A stretch of DNA of 14,703 nt, taken from positions 14,431 to 29,133 of the forward strand of contig CAYWGS010000007.1 of assembly GCA_964457525.1 (NCBI GenBank). The letters run 5' to 3'. Numbering within the stretch: position 1 is the stretch's first letter; each line of letters opens with the position of its first letter. A model generated the notes under the pieces. It was not told the origin of the DNA and made no database searches. It saw nothing but the letters and a program-made list of their open reading frames with translations. Shown here piece by piece: positions 5,330 to 14,682 of the stretch. The translations under genes and the position numbers were made by a program. This stretch comes from an uncultured Erysipelotrichaceae bacterium. Its GTDB lineage: Bacteria > Bacillota_I > Bacilli_A > Erysipelotrichales > Erysipelotrichaceae.

Positions 5330-6880
5330 ATGCGTAGATGGAATTCTTTCATTGAACTAATTTATTTCCCACTTGAGGTAATCTATATTTCTACCATCAT
5401 TTTAGGGATAACGGGCTTAGTCTTAGGGCAAAGTTTCCAAGTCTATTTTTCGATTAATCAACCAATAATTCTATCGATCATCGATATGTTTAGATACTTG
5501 TCTAGCATGATTGTACACTATTTCCCATTAATTTTCCTACTTAGAGCGGTATATCGAAGAAGTGAGGATGGAATGAGTGTTGTGGCAGCACTTTTAGCGT
5601 ACATAAGTTTCCATGTTGGAATCATGTTTTTTACGCCTACCAACCTACCTACAGAAGTATACACGCCTGTACTTGGAATTCAAGCCAGTGCTTCTCTTTT
5701 AGCCACAAAGAATAGTGGTGTTTTAACACCATTTCATACCGGTTTAATTGGGGCATTAATTGTTTTATATATCACTCGTTCTTCGGTAAGAAGCTTAAAG
5801 AAGCGTTCTCCATATAGTATATTTGGTTTTGTGGATAAGAATGTATCCGTTGTCTTCCGTTCTGTTTTATTAAGTTTATTAGCAGGCATTGCATTAACCT
5901 TTATTTGGCCAAGTGTGATTCAATTCTTTATCAATATATTTACATTCTTATCAAAAGACTTAAATAATCCAATCAATCTATTTATTTATGGAATTATTAA
6001 TCGTATTCTAAGTATCTTCAATTTCAGTCATTGGATGAATCAACTCTTCTGGTTTACAAATCTTGGAGGAAGTTGGGTTGATCCAATAGGCGCTGTTCAT
6101 ACAGGGGATGTAGGTATGTGGACCGCACAACTTGCACGTGGTATTTCTGGATTTACTTCTGGTAAACTCATTACCCCTTACTACATTCTCAATATATTTG
6201 CTGTTCCTGCATTCATTTTAGCCGCATTTCAAACCTACACAGACAAGTTAGTTCACAGAAGATTAACACCATTTGTTATATTTGCAGTTATTGCGTCTGT
6301 TGTCTTTGGAACGTTATTACCAATTGAAATATTCTTAGTCTTTACAGCTCCACTTCTCTTTACCTTCCATCTATTCTTTACCGCAATCCTTTATGCCGTA
6401 CTTCCAATGTTAGATGTGACTTTAGGCTATAGTTTTACTGGAAGTGGTATTGTTGCGACGCCAGGAAGTTTGTTTGATTTATTGGTTTTATTGCGGAATC
6501 CTGTTTACCAAAAATCGTTGGTTATTTTACTCTTTATAGGATTAATGACCTACTTATTGTACTATGCGGTCACAAGTTATTATTATCGTAGAGGTGCAAT
6601 TAGTATTATTAATCCAAATGAGAAAGACCTTGTGATTAAGGAATTGCTGGATAGTATTGGTGGAATCGAAAATATCCGATTAGCGAATGCTTCGCTTAGT
6701 AAGATTATTATCCAAGTATACAATCGTGATCTTGTGGATTTTAGTAAGATTCATCATAGAGCGAATAAAATTGTCGATACGAGAGCAGGCTTTGCGATTT
6801 CGTATGGGGCAAGTAGTTATATGATCTATTCCGTTTTAAAACAATTAAAAGAGAGTACAGAAATTCAAGAAAGTGCATAG
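5330..6880 (+). CDS. PTS glucose-family EIIC-EIIB-like membrane protein with degenerate catalytic motifs
   Basis: The 516-aa product aligns by eye to E. coli PtsG. GIINRILSIFNFSHWMN matches GFIERCLVPFGLHHIWN. PIEIFLVFTAPLLFTFHLFF matches [20 protein letters not shown]. C-terminal GGIENIRLANASLSKIIIQV matches [20 protein letters not shown]. The phospho-Cys position is Ser (codon TCG, 6692-6694) and GITEP is GTLLP (6308-6322). A strong RBS, GAGGTGA, is present. Confidence 0.8.
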   Translation: MRRWNSFIELIYFPLEVIYISTIILGITGLVLGQSFQVYFSINQPIILSIIDMFRYLSSMIVHYFPLIFLLRAVYRRSEDGMSVVAALLAYISFHVGIMFFTPTNLPTEVYTPVLGIQASASLLATKNSGVLTPFHTGLIGALIVLYITRSSVRSLKKRSPYSIFGFVDKNVSVVFRSVLLSLLAGIALTFIWPSVIQFFINIFTFLSKDLNNPINLFIYGIINRILSIFNFSHWMNQLFWFTNLGGSWVDPIGAVHTGDVGMWTAQLARGISGFTSGKLITPYYILNIFAVPAFILAAFQTYTDKLVHRRLTPFVIFAVIASVVFGTLLPIEIFLVFTAPLLFTFHLFFTAILYAVLPMLDVTLGYSFTGSGIVATPGSLFDLLVLLRNPVYQKSLVILLFIGLMTYLLYYAVTSYYYRRGAISIINPNEKDLVIKELLDSIGGIENIRLANASLSKIIIQVYNRDLVDFSKIHHRANKIVDTRAGFAISYGASSYMIYSVLKQLKESTEIQESA

Positions 6881-6907
6881 GCATTTTCTTTGTTCGTTGA
6901 GGTGATT

Positions 6908-9421
6908 ATGGAAAAACTTACGCCTATGTTAAAGCAATACATGGATGTTAAAAATGAACATCAAGATGCGCTTGTTATGTTTAGACTAGGTGATTTTTAT
7001 GAGCTATTCTTTGATGATGCGAAAATCGCATCTTTTGAGTTAGACCTCGTCTTAACAGGACGTGCAGCAGGTGAGAATCAAAGAGCACCAATGTGTGGTG
7101 TACCACACCATGCCGCTTCAAATTATATTCAGAAGTTGGTGGACAAGGGTTATAAAGTAGCGATTGTAGAACAAATGGAAGATCCTTCAACTGCAGTTGG
7201 ACTTGTTAAACGTGATGTGGTCAAGATTGTAACTCCGGGAACCATGGTAGACGAATTAGTTGAAGATAAAACACGTAATTATATTGCATCTTTAACGCTT
7301 TATGCAGGTCAATACACACTTATCCTATTAGAACTCATTTCGGGTAAAACTGAGATGATACAAATACGAGAAGACAAGACACTCTTAAAGCAGAACTTAA
7401 TGAAGTATCAAATTAAGGAAGTTGTTATCTCCAATCATTCTGATACAAACACAATTCATACATTAAGAGAAATCAAATACTTAACCCTATCGTATTGTGA
7501 CTTAGATACAATTGCGGAAGAATACTTGATGAACTGCGATCATATTCAAGAAGAATATAAGAGATCGTGTTATGGAAGATTATTAAACTATCTAACCGTT
7601 ACTCAAAAACGTTCACTTCATCATCTTCAAAAGATTGTGGATACAAATGTTCAACGTATCATGAAGATGGATTATAGTACCTTACTTAATCTCGAATTAA
7701 TCGAACCTCTAAGAGCACAATCTAAACACAAGACACTCTTTTCATTCTTAGATGTATGTAAAACATCTATGGGATCTAGACTATTAAAGGATTGGATTAT
7801 GAATCCTTTATACGATCTAAGTGAGATAACAAAACGACAAGATCAAATAGAATTCTTAATCAAAGACTATATCCTCAAAGATAAATTAAAAGAATATCTC
7901 GCAAACTGTTACGACATACAACGTTTAGTTGGACGTATTTCATTTGGTTCCGCAAACCCACAAGATATCATGCGTTTAAGAAACACCTTAAACCAATTAC
8001 CTCAAATTCTTAGTTTAGTTGATCACGATTTATTTAAACCGTACAATCAAATCAATGTACTTGAAGAAATTACCCAAGAATTAAATGATGCGTTAAATGA
8101 GGATGTCCCTAGCTCCATCAAAGATGGAAATGTATTTAAAACAGGCTATCATACAGAACTTGATGAACTCAGAGATGTTCAACATTTAGGTAAGAAATGG
8201 TTACTTGATTTTGAACTAAGAGAAAAAGAAAAAACAGGGATAAAAAACCTTAAAGTAGGGTATAACCGAGTGTTTGGTTATTACATCGAAATCTCTAAGG
8301 GTAATATTCCAAATATTAAAGAAGAATTTAACTATATCCGTAAACAAACCTTGAGCAATCAAGAACGTTTTATTACACCAGAGCTCAAGGAGATGGAAGA
8401 TAAGATCTTGAACTCAACAGAAAGAAGTTTAAAGCTTGAACAATATCTCTTCTCAGAATTAGTTCAAAAGATTGCGCACTATCTCTATGAATTACAAGAA
8501 ATATCATTCGCATTAGCTAGTCTAGATGTATTAGTAGCGCTCGCAAGTATTTCTTTAGATCATCATTATGTACGACCAGAAATCCATACAGGATTTAATT
8601 TAGATGTCAAAGAAGGTCGTCATCCAATTTTAGAGACACAAACCCAATATGTTTCCAACTCAACTAATATACAAAGTGAACAACCGATTCATATTCTAAC
8701 TGGACCGAATATGGGGGGTAAGAGTACGTATATGCGTCAATTAGCTCTACTAATTGTATTAGCACAAATGGGTTCTTATGTACCCGCTAAGAAAGCGAGT
8801 TTACCACTCGTTGATGCACTGTTTACCCGTATGGGAGCGAGTGATGATATTCTAGAAGGACAATCGACCTTCATGATTGAAATGATAGAAGCAAATACCG
8901 CTTTACAGAATGCGACTAAGAATTCGATGGTATTCTTTGATGAAATTGGGCGTGGTACTTCAACATTTGATGGTATGGCGTTAGCACAATCCATGGTTGA
9001 ATACATCGCGACCGTCATTGGATGTAAAACCATCTTCTCAACCCATTATCATGAGTTAACACAACTTGAGACATCACTTCCTCAAATTAGAAACATGCAT
9101 GTAGAAGTTTATGAAGAGAACAACGAAGTAACCTTCCTTTATCGTGTTAAACATGGTAAAGCAGATCGTTCATATGGGGTGAATGTCGCAAGACTCGCAC
9201 ATTTACCAAACGCGATTTTAACTCGGGCACATCATTTACTCAAAGAACTTGAAAGTAAGAAACGTGTTGTGCAACAAAGTATGGAGATTGTTGAGATGGT
9301 CACGATCCCCAAAGAACTTGAAGAAATTCAAAGTGATTTAAAGAAACTAAATATTAATGAAACGACTCCACTTGAAGCATTGAGTTATCTCAATGAGTGG
9401 AAAAAGAAAATAAAGGAATAA
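6908..9421 (+). CDS. mutS: DNA mismatch repair protein MutS
   Basis: The N-terminus is TPMLKQYMDVKNEHQDALVMFRLGDFYELFFDDA. The Walker A motif is GPNMGGKST, and STFMIEM, DEIGRGTST and FSTHYHEL are present. I prefer the ATG at 6908 (837 aa, RBS GAGGTGA at 6899-6905) to the TTG at 6890 in the ORF track. Confidence 0.95.
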   Translation: MEKLTPMLKQYMDVKNEHQDALVMFRLGDFYELFFDDAKIASFELDLVLTGRAAGENQRAPMCGVPHHAASNYIQKLVDKGYKVAIVEQMEDPSTAVGLVKRDVVKIVTPGTMVDELVEDKTRNYIASLTLYAGQYTLILLELISGKTEMIQIREDKTLLKQNLMKYQIKEVVISNHSDTNTIHTLREIKYLTLSYCDLDTIAEEYLMNCDHIQEEYKRSCYGRLLNYLTVTQKRSLHHLQKIVDTNVQRIMKMDYSTLLNLELIEPLRAQSKHKTLFSFLDVCKTSMGSRLLKDWIMNPLYDLSEITKRQDQIEFLIKDYILKDKLKEYLANCYDIQRLVGRISFGSANPQDIMRLRNTLNQLPQILSLVDHDLFKPYNQINVLEEITQELNDALNEDVPSSIKDGNVFKTGYHTELDELRDVQHLGKKWLLDFELREKEKTGIKNLKVGYNRVFGYYIEISKGNIPNIKEEFNYIRKQTLSNQERFITPELKEMEDKILNSTERSLKLEQYLFSELVQKIAHYLYELQEISFALASLDVLVALASISLDHHYVRPEIHTGFNLDVKEGRHPILETQTQYVSNSTNIQSEQPIHILTGPNMGGKSTYMRQLALLIVLAQMGSYVPAKKASLPLVDALFTRMGASDDILEGQSTFMIEMIEANTALQNATKNSMVFFDEIGRGTSTFDGMALAQSMVEYIATVIGCKTIFSTHYHELTQLETSLPQIRNMHVEVYEENNEVTFLYRVKHGKADRSYGVNVARLAHLPNAILTRAHHLLKELESKKRVVQQSMEIVEMVTIPKELEEIQSDLKKLNINETTPLEALSYLNEWKKKIKE

Positions 9422-9422
9422 A

Positions 9423-11180
9423 ATGGGAATTATACAAAGACTCGATGAACAATTAAGCAACATGATTGCGGCGGGAGAGGTTATTGAAAGACCGATGGCT
9501 GTGGTCAAAGAATTGGTTGAAAATGCTTTAGATGCTAAAGCACATTTTATCGAGGTCAAAATCACCCAAGGTGGAATCGAATCCATCGAAGTTATCGATG
9601 ATGGAATCGGTATGGAACCTGGAGATGCACAACTAGCGTTTGAACGACACACAACAAGTAAGATTAATTCTAAAGAAGAATTATTCGCTCCGAACTATCT
9701 AGGCTTTAGAGGTGAGGCACTTCCTTCCATTGCGTCTGTGAGTGATGTAACACTTAAGACATCGAAAGATGAAGTAGGAACTTATGTGCATATTGCGTAT
9801 GGGAAGATTATGCAAGTTCGACCGCATTCATCCAGTACAGGAACCCATATTCGAGTAGAAGGATTATTTAGAAAAACACCGGCACGATTTAAGCACTTGA
9901 AATCTGCGAACTATGAAGCTGCGCTCATCATCGATTTATTAGAAAAGTTTGCGCTTAGTCGTCCAGATGTTGCATTCAAATTAAGTGATGAGAATAAAGT
10001 TCTATTAAATACGAGTGGAACCAATCAGATATTAGAAGTTCTAGCAACAAGTTTCGGGAATCGTATCGCTCGTTTGGCGCATGAATTTACACTTCATGAT
10101 TATGACTTTACAATTAATGGAGTTTGGGTTGATCCACAAGAACATCGTTCCAACAATAAAGGAATCCTAATCTTCATCAATCATCGTATTGTACGATCAT
10201 GGTATCTACAGAAAGCAATCGTAGAGGCCTTTTTACCGTATATTCCAGCCCATCGTTATCCTGTTTGTATCATTAACTTACAAATGGACTCACATTTAGT
10301 AGACGTTAATGTTCATCCATCAAAATGGGAAGTTCGACTCTCCAAGGAACAACAAGCCTATTACCTTATTTTAGATGGTTTAAGCAAACAACTCAGTGAT
10401 TTTGTACATCCAAAAGAACATATTGAGAAGAAGGATGATATTATTCGTGAACAAACTCAGTTGTTTAATATCAATCATTACCCAGAAAATAATCGTATTT
10501 TTCAACTAGAAGTAAATGAAACAAGAAGTTTAAATAATGAGATACAAAGTAACATTATTTTTGATGAACCAATCATAGAACTTAAGAAACTAAAAGAACG
10601 TCATCCAACATTCCCAGTGCTTGATTTAATTGGACAAATGCATGGACGATATATCTTAGCGTGCTCAGAAGATGATCTTTATGTCATAGATCAACATGCC
10701 GCAAAAGAACGTATAAACTATGAATTAATACTCGAACAACTCAATGAGAATCAAGATCAGTTTGATTTATTAATTCCGATTGAAATTGAATGTTCTACTT
10801 CGTTTATGGAACGATTTAATGAGTTTAAACAAGTATTAGATACCTTACATCTACATATTGAACCATTCTCACTGAATAGTTATATTGTTCGATCCATCCC
10901 TATTTGGCTTAATCAAGAGAATCTCCATCAATTTATGATTGATGTGATGGATCGATTCTTATCTGAATCTAAGATCAATCAAGAAGTACTAAGAGAATCT
11001 GTTATTGCGACAATGGCATGTCATCGTTCCATACGATTTAATCAAGCTCTAACACCGGTAGAGATGAGACACATTATTGAAGAATTGTCTGTATGTAAAC
11101 AACCTTATCATTGTCCACATGGTAGACCTACATTGGTTAAACAAAATGCACAAAGTTTATGGAAGGATTTTGAACGATGA
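9423..11180 (+). CDS. mutL: DNA mismatch repair endonuclease MutL
   Basis: The GHKL ATPase N-terminus is present (IAAGEVIERP..VKELVENALDA; DDGIGM). The C-terminal endonuclease motifs are DQHAAKERINYE (DQHAx2Ex4E), ACHRSIRFN and CPHGRP. The start lies 1 nt after the mutS stop, and the RBS AAGGAA sits inside the mutS 3' end. Confidence 0.95.
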   Translation: MGIIQRLDEQLSNMIAAGEVIERPMAVVKELVENALDAKAHFIEVKITQGGIESIEVIDDGIGMEPGDAQLAFERHTTSKINSKEELFAPNYLGFRGEALPSIASVSDVTLKTSKDEVGTYVHIAYGKIMQVRPHSSSTGTHIRVEGLFRKTPARFKHLKSANYEAALIIDLLEKFALSRPDVAFKLSDENKVLLNTSGTNQILEVLATSFGNRIARLAHEFTLHDYDFTINGVWVDPQEHRSNNKGILIFINHRIVRSWYLQKAIVEAFLPYIPAHRYPVCIINLQMDSHLVDVNVHPSKWEVRLSKEQQAYYLILDGLSKQLSDFVHPKEHIEKKDDIIREQTQLFNINHYPENNRIFQLEVNETRSLNNEIQSNIIFDEPIIELKKLKERHPTFPVLDLIGQMHGRYILACSEDDLYVIDQHAAKERINYELILEQLNENQDQFDLLIPIEIECSTSFMERFNEFKQVLDTLHLHIEPFSLNSYIVRSIPIWLNQENLHQFMIDVMDRFLSESKINQEVLRESVIATMACHRSIRFNQALTPVEMRHIIEELSVCKQPYHCPHGRPTLVKQNAQSLWKDFER

Positions 11181-12079
11181 AAAAGGTACTTGTGATTGCG
11201 GGACCTACCGCAAGTGGTAAGACAGCTTTATCGATTAAATTAGCTCATTTACTTAAGGGTGAGATTATTAGTGGAGATTCTACGCAGGTCTATCAGGAGT
11301 TAGCCATTGGAACAGCTAAAATCACCGATCAAGAAAAAGAGGGTATTCCTCATTACGGATTAGACTTAATTCACTATGATCAATCGTACAGTGTTAAGGA
11401 TTTTCAAACAATGGCAAGAGAATCCATTGATTTGATATCAAATAAGAATAAGTTACCGATTATTGCAGGGGGTACAGGTTTCTATCTTAAAGCGTGTCTA
11501 TATGATTATGTGTTTAAGGATGAGATAGAAGAAGATGATCAATTCGAAGAGTTAAGCAATGAAGAAATCTATGCAAAACTAAAGGAGATTGATCCACAAT
11601 CCTTAGAGAAAATACATCTAAACAATCGTAAGCGATTAATTAGAGCATTAAATATTGGATTAAAAGGACAAACAAAATCAGAACGAGAAGCAGCACAAGA
11701 ACATAAACCAATTTATGATGTGTTCTTGGTTGTGATGGATTTGGATAAGAAAATATTGGATGAGAGAATTGAAAAACGTTTAAATATGATGTTTGATTCT
11801 GGGTTAATCCATGAAGTAGAGAAATACTTTAGAGATGAGAAAACCTGGGACTACCAAAGTTTCCAAGCAATTGGTTATAAAGAATGGAAGGAATACTTCC
11901 TTAACCAAGTATCTTTAGAGGAAGTAAAACAAAAGATTCTAGTTAGTACACGACAATACGCTAAACGTCAGTTAACCTGGTTTAGACATCAATTTAGTGC
12001 ATATTGGTACAAACCAAATGAAGAAAATGAGAAACTACTTTTACAAGAGATTGCACAATGGTTAAAGGAGACAACATGA
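11177..12079 (+). CDS. miaA: tRNA dimethylallyltransferase (tRNA delta2-isopentenylpyrophosphate transferase)
   Basis: The P-loop is GPTASGKT, and family-typical segments include DSTQVYQELAIGTAK, GGTGFY, RRLIRALN and YAKRQLTWFR. It shares an ATGA start/stop overlap with mutL (11177-11180). Confidence 0.93.
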   Translation: MKKVLVIAGPTASGKTALSIKLAHLLKGEIISGDSTQVYQELAIGTAKITDQEKEGIPHYGLDLIHYDQSYSVKDFQTMARESIDLISNKNKLPIIAGGTGFYLKACLYDYVFKDEIEEDDQFEELSNEEIYAKLKEIDPQSLEKIHLNNRKRLIRALNIGLKGQTKSEREAAQEHKPIYDVFLVVMDLDKKILDERIEKRLNMMFDSGLIHEVEKYFRDEKTWDYQSFQAIGYKEWKEYFLNQVSLEEVKQKILVSTRQYAKRQLTWFRHQFSAYWYKPNEENEKLLLQEIAQWLKETT

Positions 12080-12573
12080 AAAAAATCGTATTAGCAGGTG
12101 GATGTTTCTGGGGTGTAGAAGAATATTATCGTCGACTTAAAGGTGTTGGGGAGACACGTGTTGGATACGCTCAAGGTATTATTGAGAATCCAAGTTATCA
12201 AGATGTTTGTTCAGGAAGAACCAATCATGCGGAAGTTGCGGAAATTGAGTATGATCCAACGGTTATTTCATTTGAGAAGGTCCTCGATCACTTATTTAGA
12301 ATCATCGATCCAACATCCCTTAACAAACAAGCGCATGATGTTGGGACGCAATATCGTGTGGGTGTTTACCCAGATAATGATGAAGAGATTGAGTTGGTTA
12401 AAGCCTATATCCAAAAGAGACAAGCGGATTATTCAAAGCCAATTGTATTAGAAGTTGAACGTTTAAGAGACTTCTACGATGCGGAAACCTATCATCAAAA
12501 ATATTTAGTGAAGAATCCAGGTGGATATTGCCATGTCAATATGAACCTCATTCGTCCTGAAGAAAGAAAATAA
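12076..12573 (+). CDS. msrA: Peptide-methionine (S)-S-oxide reductase MsrA
   Basis: The catalytic GGCFWG motif lies near the N-terminus (MKKIVLAGGCFWGVEEY), and HAEVAEIEYDP, QYRVGVY and YHQKYL are present. I prefer the ATG at 12076 (RBS AAAGGAGA at 12064-12071; ATGA overlap with the miaA stop) to the ATG at 12058. Confidence 0.93.
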   Translation: MKKIVLAGGCFWGVEEYYRRLKGVGETRVGYAQGIIENPSYQDVCSGRTNHAEVAEIEYDPTVISFEKVLDHLFRIIDPTSLNKQAHDVGTQYRVGVYPDNDEEIELVKAYIQKRQADYSKPIVLEVERLRDFYDAETYHQKYLVKNPGGYCHVNMNLIRPEERK

Positions 12574-12596
12574 TACCTGAAAAGGTATTTTTTTTA
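12572..12596 (+). terminator. Rho-independent terminator ending the mutS-mutL-miaA-msrA transcription unit
   Basis: AATACCT-gaaa-AGGTATT forms a 7-bp stem with a GAAA tetraloop that runs into a T8 tract. It begins within the msrA stop codon. Confidence 0.7.
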
Positions 12597-12637
12597 GGTT
12601 AAATCAAGAACGAATCGTATTTAAACATAGGTGAACT

Positions 12638-13510
12638 ATGTTAGAAATACAAAATATAAGTAAGAGTTATGGATCAAAGAAAGCCCTACAAGATTGTACA
12701 ATCACAGCGAATAAACACGATATTGTAGGTATTTTGGGTCAAAATGGATGTGGTAAATCAACCTTGTTTAAGTGCATTATGGGCTTATGTGAGAGTGATT
12801 CGGGAAGTGTACGATACGAATCACATGTCTGTGATTTTAATCAGAGAAAACGATTTGGGTATATGCCGGAACAGCGATCCTTGTTTCTGGATTTAACGAT
12901 CTATGAACAACTAAAATTTCTAGGTGAATTAAAAGGATTAGAAATAAGTCTCATTGAAGTTCAAATTAATGTACTTCTTGATCGATTTGGATTAATGGAT
13001 AAAAAGAATCAAGTAATCAATAAACTCTCTAAAGGTCAACAACAGAAAGTACAATTAATTGCGGCATTATTACACAATCCAGACGTGTTGATTTTAGATG
13101 AACCCTTAAATGGTTTGGACTTTTATAGTGTACAAATCGTAATGGATGAAATAAAACGACAAGCATCATTAGGTAAGATAATCTTAATCTCCAGTCATCA
13201 AATGGATTTTATGGATGAACTATGTACCCATTTACTCGTACTAAATCAAGGAATAACCATCAAGAAAGGGAAGTTATTGGATTTATATCTCGATTATGGG
13301 GTTTGTGTAAGTGTCAATTCAGATAGTTGTTGGCAAAGCATTAGTAAAACACATACACAAATATTAGAAAAGGGATCATTTATTGAATTTCATTATCCTA
13401 GTTTAAATGAAGCTAAAAAGAATATGGCCCTCTTTAGCAAAGAATCGACAATCTCATCCATTCGATTACACAATGTATCCATTGGAGATATGTTAAAGGA
13501 GGTTGAATGA
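12638..13510 (+). CDS. ABC transporter ATP-binding protein (ABC-2 / NatA-YhaQ-like subfamily)
   Basis: It carries Walker A (GQNGCGKST), a Q-loop (MPEQRSL), the signature LSKGQQQK, Walker B (VLILDEP) and an H-loop (SSHQM). An extra C-terminal domain of about 80 aa is typical of ABC-2 exporter ATPases. The RBS is TAGGTGA. Confidence 0.9.
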   Translation: MLEIQNISKSYGSKKALQDCTITANKHDIVGILGQNGCGKSTLFKCIMGLCESDSGSVRYESHVCDFNQRKRFGYMPEQRSLFLDLTIYEQLKFLGELKGLEISLIEVQINVLLDRFGLMDKKNQVINKLSKGQQQKVQLIAALLHNPDVLILDEPLNGLDFYSVQIVMDEIKRQASLGKIILISSHQMDFMDELCTHLLVLNQGITIKKGKLLDLYLDYGVCVSVNSDSCWQSISKTHTQILEKGSFIEFHYPSLNEAKKNMALFSKESTISSIRLHNVSIGDMLKEVE

Positions 13511-14682
13511 AGACACTATTAAAGTTTTCGTTTAAACGTAGATTTCTAAATAAGATGACAATCTTCTTACAAATTATGTTTATTGGGGTTGTGATGTTGG
13601 TTTTCTATTTTGATAAAGTAAGTGAATTTCTTAATCTTGATTTAAATGAACCGATACCCATCTATATTGAAACGAATCTAAGAAAATCGATTGTGAATGA
13701 AGCAGAGTGGGAACAAAAAGGCTTTAAGTTTACTACAAATAAAGATGTTATACAGATAAGCAAAGATAAAGAAGTTTATATCATTTCTCAAGTGAGTGAT
13801 TTATTTACTCAATCACAGATCTATGATTTGTTACTGAGGAATCATCAAAAACAAAAAGAGATGAAAAGTAATACGTCGGTACAAACGTGGTTAGAAGATT
13901 ATCAGAAGATTGAAGTGGATTTCTTAGAACTTAAACAAGATCAAAATCAGTTTAAACATCAGATAATCATTATCTTCCTAACATCGATTTATTTTATGTT
14001 GTTAAATTTTATAGCAGTAAACTCCAATGAGATTATTATGGAAAAAACATCGCATATGATTCCAATTATCTTGACCAATGTAAAAATAAGAACGCACTTT
14101 CAATCTAAGTTGATTATTGGCTTTGTTTCTGTCTTGTTTCAGATTATCAGTTCTGTTGGAATAATTGGACTTATCGGTTATTCGCGTTATCAATATGATC
14201 AAGGGGAAGGGATTGTTCGATTAGCGTTAAAGTTCTTTCCAATTAATTTAGATTCATTCCGGTTAGATGAACTATTTAAATTATTGAGTCTACAATGGAG
14301 TGATTTAAATCAGATTCTTGTTGGATTAGGTTTTATCTTATTGGGTATCTTCATTATTCAATTATGTATTCTTATTTTATCCAGTCGTGTTAAGACGATG
14401 GAAGAAGCTGCGTCCATTCAAGGGCCATTCTATTTCATCCTACTTATCATTTATTATTTAGCTTTAAGTTTGAATACTACGCAATCTTTAAGCAGTGGAT
14501 TAGGTTATACTTTATCGTTTGTGCCAATCTTTTCAATGTTAATTATGCCTATGCGATTATTGACACAACATGTGATGTTAATTGAAATACTCGTATCTAT
14601 TTTGTTTAGTATTTCGCTTATTTCACTTATTTTAGTTATTCTATACCCGTTTTATCATAGGGGAATTCGTGAAGAAGGGTAA
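13507..14682 (+). CDS. ABC-2-type transporter permease (NatB/YhaP-like)
   Basis: It has an ATGA overlap with the ATPase stop and an AAGGAGG RBS at 13496-13502. Topology is one N-terminal TM helix, a hydrophilic loop of about 120 aa (about aa 35-155), then about 5 C-terminal TM helices, which is the classic ABC-2 membrane architecture. No specific substrate can be inferred. Confidence 0.8.
   Translation: MKTLLKFSFKRRFLNKMTIFLQIMFIGVVMLVFYFDKVSEFLNLDLNEPIPIYIETNLRKSIVNEAEWEQKGFKFTTNKDVIQISKDKEVYIISQVSDLFTQSQIYDLLLRNHQKQKEMKSNTSVQTWLEDYQKIEVDFLELKQDQNQFKHQIIIIFLTSIYFMLLNFIAVNSNEIIMEKTSHMIPIILTNVKIRTHFQSKLIIGFVSVLFQIISSVGIIGLIGYSRYQYDQGEGIVRLALKFFPINLDSFRLDELFKLLSLQWSDLNQILVGLGFILLGIFIIQLCILILSSRVKTMEEAASIQGPFYFILLIIYYLALSLNTTQSLSSGLGYTLSFVPIFSMLIMPMRLLTQHVMLIEILVSILFSISLISLILVILYPFYHRGIREEG

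Noticed and set aside
6890-6907. The TTG-initiated extension of mutS (MFVEVI...)
   Set aside because: The extension contains the GAGGTGA RBS that serves the ATG at 6908. MutS N-termini start just before the TPM(M/L)xQY motif.
6981-7190. A 69-aa antisense ORF inside mutS
   Set aside because: It is a shadow ORF opposite the highly conserved mismatch-binding domain of MutS, with no translation signals.
8776-9033. An 85-aa antisense ORF inside the mutS ATPase region
   Set aside because: It is a shadow ORF opposite the Walker A/B region and has no independent support.
9347-9652. A 101-aa antisense ORF spanning the mutS/mutL junction
   Set aside because: Its S/I/C-rich low-complexity translation lies opposite two conserved genes, and no RBS or promoter is evident.
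12058-12075. The upstream ATG start for msrA (MVKGDN...)
   Set aside because: This stretch contains the AAAGGAGA RBS for the ATG at 12076. The latter forms a classic ATGA coupling with the miaA stop and places GGCFWG at the usual distance from the N-terminus.
12143-12451. A 102-aa same-strand alternative-frame ORF inside msrA (GTG start)
   Set aside because: It lies entirely within the conserved msrA frame. It has a K/R-rich composition typical of an off-frame translation of AT-rich coding DNA, and no SD sequence.
12597-12637. A promoter for the ABC operon in the msrA-ABC spacer (TATTTA at 12618-12623)
   Set aside because: The hexamer is weak, with no TG extension and no -35 at 16-18 nt spacing. 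It cannot be supported from sequence alone.
14002-14202. A 66-aa antisense ORF inside the ABC-2 permease
   Set aside because: It is a shadow ORF opposite a transmembrane-helix-coding region, with no signals.
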